A stretch of DNA of 64,000 bases, from NCBI GenBank assembly GCA_963802385.1, contig CAWDIO010000008.1, positions 242,755 to 306,754 on the forward strand, read 5' to 3'. This document shows, piece by piece, positions 52,774 through 63,675 of the stretch (position 1 is its first letter; each line of letters opens with the position of its first letter). Below the pieces are notes generated by a model. That model had not been told where the DNA came from, did not search any database, and worked only from the letters and a program-made list of their open reading frames with translations. A program made the translations under genes and the position numbers. This stretch comes from an uncultured Acidimicrobiales bacterium. Lineage in GTDB: Bacteria > Actinomycetota > Acidimicrobiia > Acidimicrobiales > VFJN01.

Positions 52774-53256
52774 GGGGCGCCAGCGTACGGGTGACCCCAG
52801 GGCTCGCGGTGCACGTCATCGCCGCCACGGCCACCGTCGTCTCGACCGCCGGGCTGCGGGTGGGCGCACGCCGTCGCCCGTGCCGGCCGTTCATCTGTGT
52901 GTCGGTGCTGTGAACACTCCGGTTCCGGCCCCGCGGACGCCCTGCGGCGAATATCGTCACGTTCCGATGCGCTGCCGCCATCCCTGGTGTTCGTCACGGG
53001 GCCGAGCCGTTCGGTGACATCGAGCAGCTCCTCGGCCTTGGCGCGCACGGTCCGACCGCCCTCCCCGTGGTGTTCGTGACCGATGCGGGCCGCGCATCCT
53101 CCACCGTGGCCCCGGCCTGATCCCGTCCGGCATCCGCGCCCCGGCGCCGCCAGGCGCTTGACTGGCGGCCGGTGACACACCCGTCCACGCAGCGTCCGTG
53201 CGACAGGCCGCCAGCCCGCTGGCACGGAGCCGCTGCCCGATCTCCCTGGGGGTTCC

Positions 53257-54588
53257 GTGACCGAATCCATCCGTGTAGCAGCGCGCGCCGATGACGCCGG
53301 GCGCACCTTCGTCCTCGACACGTCGGTCCTGCTGTCCGACCCGTGGGCCCTCCAGCGCTTTGCCGAGCACGAGGTGGTCATCCCGCTGGTCGTGCTGACG
53401 GAGCTGGAGGGCAAGCGCCACCACCCCGAGCTGGGGTGGGCCGCCCGGGAGACGTTGCGGATGCTGGAGGACCTGCGGGTGGCGCACGGGTCGCTGCTGC
53501 GGCCGATGCCCGCCAACGACGAGGGCGGGACGCTGCGGGTGGAGGTCAACCACACGGAGCTGGCCGGGTTCCCGACCTCGCTGAGCCGGGAGAGCAACGA
53601 CCACCGCATCCTGGCGGTGGGCCGCAACCTGGCCGCCGAGGGCTACGACGTCACGATCGTCACCAAGGACCTGCCCCTGCGGCTCAAGGCCTCGATCGTG
53701 GGCCTGGAGGCCGACGAGTACCGCAACGAGCTGACCAGCGACACGTCCTGGACGGGCGTGGCCGAGCTGGACGTGGCGCGGGCCGAGATCGACCGGCTGT
53801 TCGCCGACCACGTCGTCGACCTGGCCGAGGCGCGCCTGCTGCCCTGCAACACCGGCGTCGTGCTCCACGCCGGCAGCCAGTCCGCCCTGGGCCGGGTGCG
53901 CGACGACAAGCAGGTCCACCTGGCCCGCAGCGACCGGTCGCTGTTCGACGTGCGGGGCCGGTCGGCGGAGCAGCGCCTCGCCATGGACCTGCTGGCCGAC
54001 GACGAGGTCGGCATCGTCAGCCTGGGCGGGCCCGCGGGCACCGGCAAGAGCGTGCTGGCCCTGGCCGCGGGGCTGGAGGCGGTGGTGGAGGAGCGCACCC
54101 ATCACCGGGTGATCGTGTTCCGGCCGATCTTCCCGGTGGGCGGCCAGGACCTGGGCTACCTGCCGGGGTCCGAGGCCGAGAAGATGACGCCCTGGGGCGC
54201 GGCGGTGACCGACGCCCTGGAGGCCATCGCCGGCCAGGAGGTCATCGACGAGGTCCTGGGCCGGGGCCTGCTGGAGGTGCTGCCGCTCACCCACATCCGG
54301 GGGCGCAGCCTGACCGACAGCTTCGTGATCATCGACGAGGCCCAGAACCTGGAGCGCTCGGTCCTGCTCACCGCCCTCAGCCGCCTGGGCCAGGGCAGCC
54401 GGGTGGTGCTCACCCACGACGTCGGCCAGCGCGACAACCTGCGGGTGGGCCGCCACGACGGCATCGCGTCGGTGATCGAGACGCTCAAGGGCCATCCCCT
54501 GTTCGGCCACGTGTCCCTGACCCGCGCCGAGCGCAGCCCGGTGGCCGCCCTGGTGACGCAGGTGCTGGACGGCACCATGCCGGGCTGA
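53257..54588 (+). CDS. PhoH2: PIN-domain RNase fused to PhoH-like ATPase
   Basis: ORF 53257..54588 GTG start; N-terminal PIN (FVLDTSVLL...[13 protein letters not shown]...DHRILAV), C-terminal PhoH ([27 protein letters not shown]). Confidence 0.9.
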   Translation: MTESIRVAARADDAGRTFVLDTSVLLSDPWALQRFAEHEVVIPLVVLTELEGKRHHPELGWAARETLRMLEDLRVAHGSLLRPMPANDEGGTLRVEVNHTELAGFPTSLSRESNDHRILAVGRNLAAEGYDVTIVTKDLPLRLKASIVGLEADEYRNELTSDTSWTGVAELDVARAEIDRLFADHVVDLAEARLLPCNTGVVLHAGSQSALGRVRDDKQVHLARSDRSLFDVRGRSAEQRLAMDLLADDEVGIVSLGGPAGTGKSVLALAAGLEAVVEERTHHRVIVFRPIFPVGGQDLGYLPGSEAEKMTPWGAAVTDALEAIAGQEVIDEVLGRGLLEVLPLTHIRGRSLTDSFVIIDEAQNLERSVLLTALSRLGQGSRVVLTHDVGQRDNLRVGRHDGIASVIETLKGHPLFGHVSLTRAERSPVAALVTQVLDGTMPG

Positions 54589-54697
54589 ACCATCCCTGAC
54601 CGGTCATCCGTACCCCCTCCCAGGTGCGAACGTTGACGGAACGCGCGCCGTTTCGGCGTGGCGTCCACGAGTTGCAACACAGAAACACCTCTACAGG

Positions 54698-54722
54698 CCG
54701 TGACGCGTCACTAGGGTCACGG
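54698..54722. promoter_or_regulatory. GTGAC-GC-GTCAC palindrome plus third GTCAC half-site upstream of amino-acid ABC transporter operon
   Basis: ccgtgacgcgtcactagggtcacgg about 90 nt upstream of the SBP gene ATG. Confidence 0.4.
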
Positions 54723-54812
54723 TCGCTGACATCAGCACGGGTGGCCGGTGGCAAGGTCAGGGCGGGCGTGCCGCTGACCGCCGACGCAATCCGACAAGGG
54801 GAGAAACCCGCA

Positions 54813-55943
54813 ATGCTCCGACGCAAACGTGCGTTTCCGTTGGTCGCGCTCCTGCTCGTAGCCGGCCTGCTCGGCGCGGCCTGCAGCGACGACGACGACT
54901 CCGACAGCTCCAGCGGTGACGGCGACAGTGAAGAGTCCGCCAGCGCGTCCCAATCCGACGGGGGCACCCTGGCCGCGGTGGTCGACCGGGGCAGCCTCAA
55001 CTGCGGCGTCAACAACTCGGTCCCGGGCTTCGGCTTCGAGGCCGAGGACGGCACCTACGAGGGCTTCGACATCGACTACTGCAAGGCGATCGCGGCCGCC
55101 GTGCTCGGCGACCCCGACGCGGTGGAGTACGTCCCGCTCACACCCGAGCAGCGCTTCCCGTCCCTCGCCAGCGGCGAGATCGACGTGCTGGCCCGCAACA
55201 CCACCTGGACCTCCACCCGCGACGGCGCGGAAGGCGCCGCCTTCGTGACGACGACGTTCTACGACGGCCAGGCGATGATGGTGCCGGCCGCGTCCGGCGT
55301 GACCTCGATCGACGCCCTGGCGGACGCCACCATCTGCCTCACCGCCGGCACCACGACCGAGCAGAACCTGGCCGATCGCATGGCCGGGATCCCGCACACC
55401 CCGCAGACCTTCGAGGAGAACTCGCTGGTCCAGGAGGCCTTCCTCGCGGGCACGTGCGACGCCTGGACGTCCGACCGCAGCCAGCTGGCCGGCATCCGGT
55501 CCAACTGGCCGGCGGACAGTGGCGGCCCCGAGTCGCTCGTCATCCTCGACGAGACGTTCTCCAAGGAGCCGCTCGGCCCGGCCGTGGTCGACGGCGACAG
55601 CGAATGGTTCGACGTCGTGAACTGGGTGGTGCTGGCCACCATCGAGGCCGAGGAGCTCGGCATCACGTCCGAGAACATCGACGAGATGCTGGAGAGCGAC
55701 GATCCGGCGGTCCGCCGGTTCCTGGGCCAGCCGGTCGATGTGGAGGGCGCGGAGGCCGTGGTCGACCACGGCTTCGGCGTCGACCCCGACTTCACCGTGG
55801 ACGTGATCCGGGCCGTGGGCAACTACGGCGAGATCTACGACCGCAACGTGGGGCCGGACACGCCGCTCCAGCAGACCCGGGAGGGCACGGCCAACGCCCT
55901 GCACACCGATGGAGGCCTGCACTATTCCCCGCCGTTCCGGTGA
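54813..55943 (+). CDS. amino-acid ABC transporter substrate-binding lipoprotein (AapJ/BztA-like)
   Basis: ATG 54813 with RBS aaggggaga; signal peptide + lipobox LLGAACS, D/S-rich linker, SBP type-2 fold. Confidence 0.85.
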   Translation: MLRRKRAFPLVALLLVAGLLGAACSDDDDSDSSSGDGDSEESASASQSDGGTLAAVVDRGSLNCGVNNSVPGFGFEAEDGTYEGFDIDYCKAIAAAVLGDPDAVEYVPLTPEQRFPSLASGEIDVLARNTTWTSTRDGAEGAAFVTTTFYDGQAMMVPAASGVTSIDALADATICLTAGTTTEQNLADRMAGIPHTPQTFEENSLVQEAFLAGTCDAWTSDRSQLAGIRSNWPADSGGPESLVILDETFSKEPLGPAVVDGDSEWFDVVNWVVLATIEAEELGITSENIDEMLESDDPAVRRFLGQPVDVEGAEAVVDHGFGVDPDFTVDVIRAVGNYGEIYDRNVGPDTPLQQTREGTANALHTDGGLHYSPPFR

Positions 55944-55946
55944 TCG

Positions 55947-57179
55947 ATGACCGTTGACGTCACCGGGGGGGCGGGCCCGCCCGCTCCCCCGGACGTCCCT
56001 TCCTCGGGGCCTGCGCCTCGGGGCGGCCGGGCGGCCGCCCTGGTGTTCAACGTTCGCGTCCTGCGGATCGCGGGCCAGGTGGCGGCCATCGTCGTCCTGG
56101 TGGCGCTGGCCGCCTACCTCGCCGACAACTACCGGGCCAACATCGCCGACCGCAACGCCCGCGGCGGCTGGGGCTTCCTCGACGAGCCCACCGGGTTCAA
56201 CATCGCCTACGAGCCGGACTTCCGGCCCGGCCAGCCGGTGCGCGACGCCCTGTGGGTGGGCGTGGTCAACACCGCGGCGGCCGCGCTGATCGGGATCGTG
56301 ATCGCCACGATCATCGGCGTGCTGGTGGGCGTGCTGCGCCTGTCCCACAGCTGGGTGGCCCGCAAGGCGTCGACGCTCTACGTCGAGATCATCCGCAACG
56401 TGCCGGTCCTGCTCGTGATCCTGTTCCTGTACGCGGGGCTGCTGACCCTGCCCCGCATCGAGGAGGCGCGCCAGCTCGACGGCGTGGCGGTCATCTCCAA
56501 CCGTGCCATCTCGGTCATGTCCCCGGTGGGGGGCGACAACCTCGGCCTCTACCTGGGCGTGCTGGTCCTGGGCGTCCTGGGCGCGCTGGCCGTCTCGGCG
56601 TGGCGCACGCGCCTGTCCAACGCCACCGGCGTCCCCGACCGCCGCGTCCTGTGGGGCGGCGGCTTCTTCCTCGCCGTGGCCGTCGGCGGGTACTACGCCC
56701 TGGGCGCCCCCATCACCTGGTCCCACCCCGAGGTCGTGGGCCGCAACGTGGTGGGCGGGATCCTGCTCAACATCCCCTACGTGGCCATCGTGTTCGCGCT
56801 GGCCGTCTACCACGGCAGCCACATCGCGGAGATCGTGCGGGGCAGCGTGCAGGCCGTGCCCTACGGCCAGACCGAGGCGGCCACGGCCATCGGGCTGACA
56901 GAGGTGCAGCGCCTGCGCTTCGTGGTGCTGCCGCAGGCCTTCCGCATCGCGGTGCCGCCCACGATCAACCAGTACCTGAGCCTGATCAAGAACACGTCGC
57001 TCGGCATCGCCGTGGCCTACTCGGACGTGGCCAGCCTGGGGTTCCGCCTGGTCGGGAGCAGCCGGGCACCCGCGCTGCAGCTCGTCCTCGTGCTGATGGC
57101 CATCTACCTGACGTTCTCGCTGCTGACGTCGTTCTTCCTCAACATCCTGAACCGCCGGCTGCAGTTGGTGGAGCGATGA
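55947..57179 (+). CDS. amino-acid ABC transporter permease (AapQ/BztB-like)
   Basis: ORF 55947..57179; EAA-loop region [26 protein letters not shown]. Confidence 0.85.
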   Translation: MTVDVTGGAGPPAPPDVPSSGPAPRGGRAAALVFNVRVLRIAGQVAAIVVLVALAAYLADNYRANIADRNARGGWGFLDEPTGFNIAYEPDFRPGQPVRDALWVGVVNTAAAALIGIVIATIIGVLVGVLRLSHSWVARKASTLYVEIIRNVPVLLVILFLYAGLLTLPRIEEARQLDGVAVISNRAISVMSPVGGDNLGLYLGVLVLGVLGALAVSAWRTRLSNATGVPDRRVLWGGGFFLAVAVGGYYALGAPITWSHPEVVGRNVVGGILLNIPYVAIVFALAVYHGSHIAEIVRGSVQAVPYGQTEAATAIGLTEVQRLRFVVLPQAFRIAVPPTINQYLSLIKNTSLGIAVAYSDVASLGFRLVGSSRAPALQLVLVLMAIYLTFSLLTSFFLNILNRRLQLVER

Positions 57180-58619
57180 CCGTCGACGTCCCCGGCATCC
57201 CGGCCACCGCGGAGCCGCTCCCGCTCGCCAGCCCGGTGGAGCCCACGCGGCCGGAGGTCCACCTCACGCCGCGCCAGTGGGCCCGCAAGAACCTCTTCCC
57301 CACACCGGTGGCGTCGGTGCTGACCGTGGTGCTGGGGCTGGCGCTGGCCTACGGCCTCTACCGGCTCGCCTGGTTCGCGCTGGTGTCGTCGGACTGGGAG
57401 ATCGTCCGGGCCAACCTGCGCCGGTTCATGATGGGCGGCTTCCCGCTGGACCAGGCCTGGCGGCTGTGGGCCGCCCTGTACGTCGCCACGGCCACCGCGG
57501 GCCTGTTCACCGGGGCCATCGCCGCCAACGCGTACGCCCAGGCCGAGGCGGCCGGACGCCCGATCGAGCGCCCCGGCCGGTGGAGCTGGCTGCGGCGCTA
57601 CTGGCCCGCGCTGGTGTGCCTCGGCGTGATCCTGTCCCAGACCCGCACGTGGGTCCCGTTGCTCGCCACGCTGGGCGCCGGGCTGGTCCTGGCCGGGAGC
57701 CGATGGCTGGGCCTGCGGCTGCCCGGGCTGGCCCACCACCTGGCGGTCGGGCTGTTGGTGGCGCTCATCGTGGCGTACACGCTGGTGGCGGGCTCGGGCG
57801 GCCGCCGCTTCTCACTGTCCGACGCGGTGCAGCTCCTGCTGATCGCGGGGGCGGTGCTGGCCAGCACCCGCAGCCTGGGGCGGCGGCCGATCCGCTTCGC
57901 AGTGCTGGCGCTGACCCTCGGGGCCGTGCTCTCGGTCCAGCTGGCCAGCGGGGAGGGCGTGGGCTGGAACGACTGGGGCGGCCTGCTGCTCACCGTGCTC
58001 GTCGCCATCGCCGGCATCGCCCTGTCGTTCCCGCTGGGCGTGCTGGTGGCGCTGGGCCGGCGCTCGTCGCTGCCGGTGCTGCGGTCGCTGTCGGTGGGCT
58101 ACATCGAGCTGATCCGGGGCGTGCCGCTGGTGGCGCTCCTGTTCATGGGTCAGTACGTGATCCCGCTGTTCTTCCCCAACACGGTGGACCCTCCCAGCCC
58201 GCTGGCCCGGGCGCTCATCGCCATCGTGCTGTTCGAGGCGGCGTACGTGGCCGAGACCGTGCGGGGCGGGTTGCAGTCGATCCCCCGGGGCCAGCGGGAG
58301 GCGGCCCAGGCGCTGGGGCTGTCGCCGTGGAAGATCACCCGGCTGATCGTGCTGCCCCAGGCCCTGCGGGCGGTGATCCCGGCCATGGTCGGCCAGTTCA
58401 TCAGCCTGTTCAAGGACACCTCGCTGCTCGCAGATCATCGGCTTCCTGGAGCTGCTGGAGGTGGCCGAGAACGCCCCCAGCCAGGAGCGGTTCCTGGGCC
58501 AGGGCCTGCACACCGTCACCTTCGCCTTCGTCGCCCTCATCTTCTGGGCGGGGTCGTACACCATGTCGCGGGAGAGCCGGCGCCTCGAGGGCCGGCTCGG
58601 AGTGGGAGAGCGCCGATGA
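57176..58619 (+). CDS. amino-acid ABC transporter permease (AapM/BztC-like), apparent frameshift near 58430
   Basis: ATG 57176 overlaps upstream stop (ATGA); EAA loop [25 protein letters not shown]; C-terminus ([30 protein letters not shown]...) in another frame, stop overlaps next ATG. Confidence 0.8.
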
Positions 58620-59390
58620 CCGACACCACCACCGAGGCCGTCCCCGCCGACGCCGAGGCCGGTCCCATCATCGAGTGCGAGGGCGTCGAGAAGTGGTTCG
58701 GCGACTTCCAGGCGCTCAAGGGCGTCGACCTGGTGGTCGGGCGCCAGGAGGTCGTCGTGGTCATCGGGCCCTCGGGCTCGGGCAAGTCCACGTTCATCCG
58801 CTGCATCAACCGGCTGGAGCAGCACGACCGGGGCCGGATCGTGGTCGACGGCATCGAGATGACCGACGACCTGCGCCACATCGCCGGCATCCGCCGCGAG
58901 GTGGGGATGGTGTTCCAGCAGTTCAACCTGTTCCCCCACCTCACGGTGCTGGAGAACGTCACGCTCGGTCCCCGGCAGGTGCGGCGCATGAACCGGTCCG
59001 ACGCCAACGCCCTGGCCCGCCAGATGCTGGAGCGGGTCCAGATCCCCGAGCAGGCCGACAAGTACCCCGGCCAGCTCTCGGGCGGCCAGCAGCAGCGGGT
59101 GGCGATCGCGCGGGCGCTGGCGATGCAGCCCAAGATCATGCTGTTCGACGAGCCCACGTCCGCCCTCGACCCCGAGATGATCGCCGAGGTGCTCGACGTC
59201 ATGAAGGAGCTGGCGCGTGACGGGCATGACCATGATCGTGGTGACCCACGAGATGGGCTTCGCCCGGGAGGTGGCCGACCGGGTGGTGTTCATGGCCGAC
59301 GGCCAGATCGTCGAGGTGGGCACGCCCCAGCACTTCTTCGACAACCCCACCGAGGAGCGGACCAAGGCGTTCCTGCGCCAGATCCTCTGA
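58616..59390 (+). CDS. amino-acid ABC transporter ATP-binding protein (AapP/GlnQ-like), apparent frameshift near 59220
   Basis: GPSGSGKST Walker [16 protein letters not shown] signature, [11 protein letters not shown] Walker B; C-terminal [30 protein letters not shown] in shifted frame. Confidence 0.9.
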
Positions 59391-59426
59391 GCCCGGCTCT
59401 CACCCTGCCTTCCGGAGTGGAGGCCA

Positions 59427-59524
59427 CGGTCGCCCGCCTGCGCCGCCGCATCGCCGCCCACGGCCTGGAGGTCTCGACGGTCCACCGCCGCGGCTACCGC
59501 CTGATCGCCGCCGACGACGACTGA
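59427..59524 (+). pseudogene. remnant of OmpR/PhoB-family response-regulator C-terminal wing (Trans_reg_C)
   Basis: 32-aa [38 protein letters not shown], the conserved terminal beta-hairpin of OmpR-type DNA-binding domains, with no receiver domain or upstream ORF. Confidence 0.5.
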
Positions 59525-59584
59525 GACCGCGCCACTCACCGCCGGGTACCGGGCCGAGGCCGTCCCTGTCGTTAGTTTGGGGGG

Positions 59585-60259
59585 ATGTCGCTCGCCACCC
59601 CGACGGACGCGGGCTCGGGCGCCGGGCCGCCCGTCAAGCCCCGCCTGAGGGGCATGCTCCACCTGATCGCCTTCCCCGTGTCGCTGGTGGCGGGCGCCGT
59701 CCTGGTCCTCGGGGTGGCGGACGACGCGGCCGAGCGCTGGGGCTGCCTGGTCTACGCCCTCGCCAGCGCCGAGCTGTTCGGGGTGAGCGCCCTGTACCAC
59801 CGCGGCCACTGGGACGCCCGCACCCGCGCCCTGCTCCGCCGGCTCGACCACTCGAACATCTTCCTGATGATCGCCGGGACGTACACGCCGATCTGCCTGG
59901 CACTGCTCGACGGGACGGCCCGCACGGTGGTGCTCGCCGTGGTGTGGGTGGGTGCGCTGGCCGGGATCGTGTTCCGGGTCGCCTGGCTGTCGGCCCCCGC
60001 CTGGCTCTACACGCCGTTCTACGTGGCGCTGGGCTGGGTGGCGGTCGGGGTGCTGCCGACCCTGGCCCGCGAGGGCGGCCCGGCCATCGTCGCCCTCATC
60101 GTGGCCGGTGGGCTGGCATACAGCGTGGGCGGAGCGGTGTACGCCCTCCGGCGGCCCGACCCGGCCCCGGCCACGTTCGGGTACCACGAGGTGTTCCACG
60201 CCTGCACGCTGGCCGGCTACGTCTGCCACTACGTGGCGGTGGTGCTCGCCATCCGATGA
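59585..60259 (+). CDS. hemolysin-III/PAQR-family (YqfA-like) 7-TM protein
   Basis: ORF 59585..60259; SALYHRGHWD, RLDHSNIFLMIAGTYTP, HEVFH motifs. Confidence 0.85.
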   Translation: MSLATPTDAGSGAGPPVKPRLRGMLHLIAFPVSLVAGAVLVLGVADDAAERWGCLVYALASAELFGVSALYHRGHWDARTRALLRRLDHSNIFLMIAGTYTPICLALLDGTARTVVLAVVWVGALAGIVFRVAWLSAPAWLYTPFYVALGWVAVGVLPTLAREGGPAIVALIVAGGLAYSVGGAVYALRRPDPAPATFGYHEVFHACTLAGYVCHYVAVVLAIR

Positions 60260-60861
60260 CGGGACCGGCGGTCTACGGGCTCGACATCGAGACCGACACA
60301 TCGGTCGACGGCCTGAACCCGGCGGTCTCCCCGGTCGTCAGCGCCGCCCTGTCGACGGTGGACGGCGACGAGGTCTTCGGCGGCCCGGAGCCCGCCCTGC
60401 TCGCGGCCTTGGACTCCCGGCTCCGTGCCCTCGAACCCGGCATCGTGGCGACCTGGAACGGCGCCGCCTTCGACCTGCCGTTCCTCGCCGACCGCGCCGC
60501 CATCGTCGGGGTCCCGCTGGGCCTGCACCTGGTCCCTGACCCCACGGTCGTGCTCAGCCGTGGTCCGCTGGCGGGCCATGCGGGCGCCTACCGGGCCCGG
60601 TGGTACGGGCATCGCCACCTGGACGGCTACCGGATGTACCGGGGCGACGTCGGCCGCGTGCTGCACATCTCGTGCTCGCTCAAGGCGATCGCACGGGTGG
60701 TGGGCCTGACGCCTGTCGAAGTCGACCGCGAACGCATCCACGAGCTGGCGCTCGACGAGCTGGACGCCTACGTGGCGAGCGACGCCCGGCTCACCCGGAT
60801 GCTCGTCGAGCGTCGTCGGGTGAATCTGATCACTTTCGTTGATTCTCCCGCTTATTCCTAA
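60256..60861 (+). CDS. DnaQ-like DEDD 3'-5' exonuclease-fold protein
   Basis: ATG 60256 overlaps hemolysin-III stop (ATGA); VYGLDIETD (Exo I), WNGAAFDLPFL (Exo II), YVASDARLT (Exo III). Confidence 0.65.
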   Translation: MTGPAVYGLDIETDTSVDGLNPAVSPVVSAALSTVDGDEVFGGPEPALLAALDSRLRALEPGIVATWNGAAFDLPFLADRAAIVGVPLGLHLVPDPTVVLSRGPLAGHAGAYRARWYGHRHLDGYRMYRGDVGRVLHISCSLKAIARVVGLTPVEVDRERIHELALDELDAYVASDARLTRMLVERRRVNLITFVDSPAYS

Positions 60862-61352
60862 CCTGTCACAGCCCCGCACTATCGTTCATGGCAGCGGATG
60901 TGTCCGCAGCGCCCATGAGCGCATTGTCAGCGGGTTCGTGGTCCCCCGGCCGAGTTCTCCAGGCACGTGACCGCCGACGAAAACCGGTGGCTTCACCCTG
61001 TCCGGAGGCTCCCATGCTCACACCCTCATCGCCCCTGCACAGCCCACTGCTCGCTCTGGCACGCCGGGCCACGCGCCCAGATCAGGGAGGCGAGCGCGCA
61101 GACGGCCATCCTGTGGCGCACCGAGGCTCACCCCGACATCCTTGCCTGGGTCCCCCTGGCGGGAGCGCACCCGCTCGACCTGCTGCTCGGCTTCGTCGCT
61201 CCCGAGCATTGGATCAGCATCGGCGTGTCGGGTGCCGGTTCGGCCCGCGCTCGACGAGGCTGGGCGGCTGCGGCCGGGCCCCGGTCTGGGTCAGGTCTTC
61301 GTGACCGTCCTCGTCGACCGCTCGGCGGCGACGAGCACCCTCATCCGGCGAG

Positions 61353-61847
61353 GTGAGGGCGAGCCGACCACCGTGCCCGAAGCGCCCGAGGGAGTGGTGG
61401 CCGACGCATGCCGGCGCGGCCCTCGGGCTGCCGACGACGGACCCTCCGTGCAGCACCTCCGAGCTGTGGGCGCTCTGCTGGCTCGACCGCCTGGTCGAGG
61501 CCGCCTGCGCCGGCCCGCCGCCGAGCCTGCGGGACTGGCGGTCGGTCGCCAGCCTCCATCCCGCGGCCGGCCCGACCCCCCAGCCGTGCGACCCGACCGC
61601 GCTGGCCAGGGCGAGCAGAGTGCTCGCCGACGCGTGGCCCTGGTCCCGCCTCCGGGAGCACCCGACGGACATCGATCTCCCCGGCCTCGAGCTGACGCCC
61701 GAGGTGGCCCAGTGGATGGACGACGGCATGTGGGCCCGCTGGCTCCTCGCCGGCCTACCCACCAGCGAGGACCTCCTCGCCTCCGTCCACGACCTCCTGG
61801 CCCCCGACCTCGCCGCCGCCGTCACCGAAGTCGTCAACGCATGCTGA
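61353..61847 (+). CDS. hypothetical protein; probably longer (from about 61014) with unresolved frameshifts
   Basis: C-terminal half (ALARASRVLADAWPWSRLREHPTDIDLPGLELTPEVAQWMDDGMWARWLLAGLPTSEDLLASVHDLL) is protein-like; plausible upstream segments occur in two other frames (60967..61356, 61142..61400). Confidence 0.35.
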   Translation: MRASRPPCPKRPREWWPTHAGAALGLPTTDPPCSTSELWALCWLDRLVEAACAGPPPSLRDWRSVASLHPAAGPTPQPCDPTALARASRVLADAWPWSRLREHPTDIDLPGLELTPEVAQWMDDGMWARWLLAGLPTSEDLLASVHDLLAPDLAAAVTEVVNAC

Positions 61848-62099
61848 CCCCACCGCACCCGACCGCCACCCTCGAGGCGACCGCCCGAGCCGCCCGCCCG
61901 CCAGCCCCGCCGGCCGAGCCCACGGCCAGCCACCGCCAGCCGAGCCCAGCACCCACCCCCGCCCAGGCCCTGCCAGCCCACGGGCCCATCCGAACCCTCA
62001 CATGACCCACAGCCCGCGGCCGCAGCCGAACACCCCCGCCGCACCCAGCGTCGCGGCGCGGCACGAGCCGAGGCCGCACGCAGGCTGCGGCCGGTGGCC

Positions 62100-63361
62100 T
62101 CAGCCGAAGGCGCCCGCCGCGCGCGCAGCTTCGCCACGTGGTCCGGGGCGTAGCCCAGCACCTCGGCCAGTACCTCGTCCGTGTGCTGGCCCGGGGTCGG
62201 TGCCTTGGCCGGCACGCCCAGGTCCTCGCCGATGAGCTTGATGGGGGTGGGCAGCTGCTCGGCCCCCAGGGCTTCCCGGGGGTGGAAGGGGAGGCGGTGC
62301 TGGAACTGGGGGTCCTGCGCCAGGGTCTGGGGGGTGTTGACCGGGGCGATGGGCGTGTTGTGGGTGTCGCCGAACGCGACCCACTCCTGGGTCGTCCGGG
62401 TGGCGAAGATGTCCCGCAGCACCGCTTGGAGCTCCCGGTTGCCGGGGGCGTGGTCCGCCACCCGGGCGCCGGGCCAGCGTTCGAACAGGTCCGGGCGGCC
62501 CACGGCCTCGCAGAAGTTCCGCCAGAACTCCCGCTCCGACGCCTGGAACAGCACGAAGCCGTCCGCCGACGCGTAGATCTGGTAGCGCACGCCATGGCGC
62601 ATGCCCGCGGTGCCTGGGGCGCGGCGCTCGTAGTTGTCGGCCGCGTTGCCTGTGACCTCGCTCTGTGGGCGCTCGTACGCCTTCCAGGTCTCGCTGCGAT
62701 ACCAGTCCATGGCCGCCGCCGCGTCCGACTGGGCGATCTCCATGCGGCAGCCTTCACCCGTGTCGCGGGCCCGGATGATCCCGGCCAGGATGCCGAGCGC
62801 CGCGAACAGCGGGCCCGCGTGGATCCCCATCGACGGATGCTCGGGGATGTAGGCGAAGCCCTCCTCGTCGATCCCCGGGTTCACCAGGCCGGCCCAGGTG
62901 TCGTAGGCCACACCGTGGCTGGGCATGTCCTTGTAGGGGCCGGTCATGCCGTAGCCGGAGACGGTGATGAACACCAGGGCGGGGTTCACCTGGCGCAGCG
63001 CTTCGTAGCCCACGCCCCGGCGGTCGAGCCCGCCCGGGCGCATCGCCTCCACCACGGCGTCGGAGCTCCGCACCAGCTCCACGAACACGGCCCGGCCCTC
63101 CTCCGTGCGCAGGTCGAGGGTGATCGAGCGCTTGCCCCGGCTCACGTGCAGGTGCATCAGCGAGACGCCCTCGACGATGGGCCACGTCATCTCGCGGATG
63201 TAGTCCCCCGCGGGCGGTTCCACCTTGATGACGTCGGCGCCGAGGTCCGCCAGATGTGTCGTGACGGCCCCCGGTCCGAGCATCGAGCACTCGACGATCC
63301 GAACCCCGGCCAGAGGCGGCGTGCGAGCCGGTTCCGTGGTGCTGCCACTGCTCTCTGTCAC
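62100..63361 (-). CDS. CaiB/BaiF family III CoA-transferase, probable frameshift at extreme C-terminus
   Basis: ORF 61214..63361 N-terminal 420 aa (GVRIVECSMLGPGAVTTHLADLGADVIKVEPPAGD, catalytic-Asp region ...GVAYDTWAGL) with RBS aaggagaac before GTG 63361; natural ending ...LRAAGAFG* is reached after a 1-nt shift in a GC-repeat near 62115. Confidence 0.8.
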
Positions 63362-63675
63362 AGGCAGGTTCTCCTTGCTGACCAGGGGCGGAACGAGTCT
63401 CGCACAACTTCTGACACACCGTCAGATCTCCTCGGGCGGGTGTGCTGCACGGACCCGTCCCCACCATCTACGGTGGCTCGAAGTTCCGCTGGGAAACGAC
63501 GGAGAGGGGCCACTGGGGGTCCTCTTCGACCACTCAACGTTGCGAAATCATTGCGATCGTGTCAGACTCCTTTCACCAACCGCATAGGACGGCACGCGCT
63601 GGGGCGCCCCTGGTTGCACTCCCTCTCGAAAACCAAAGCCCTTACGCGCGCGCCGACGGAAGGAGATCGCCTACG

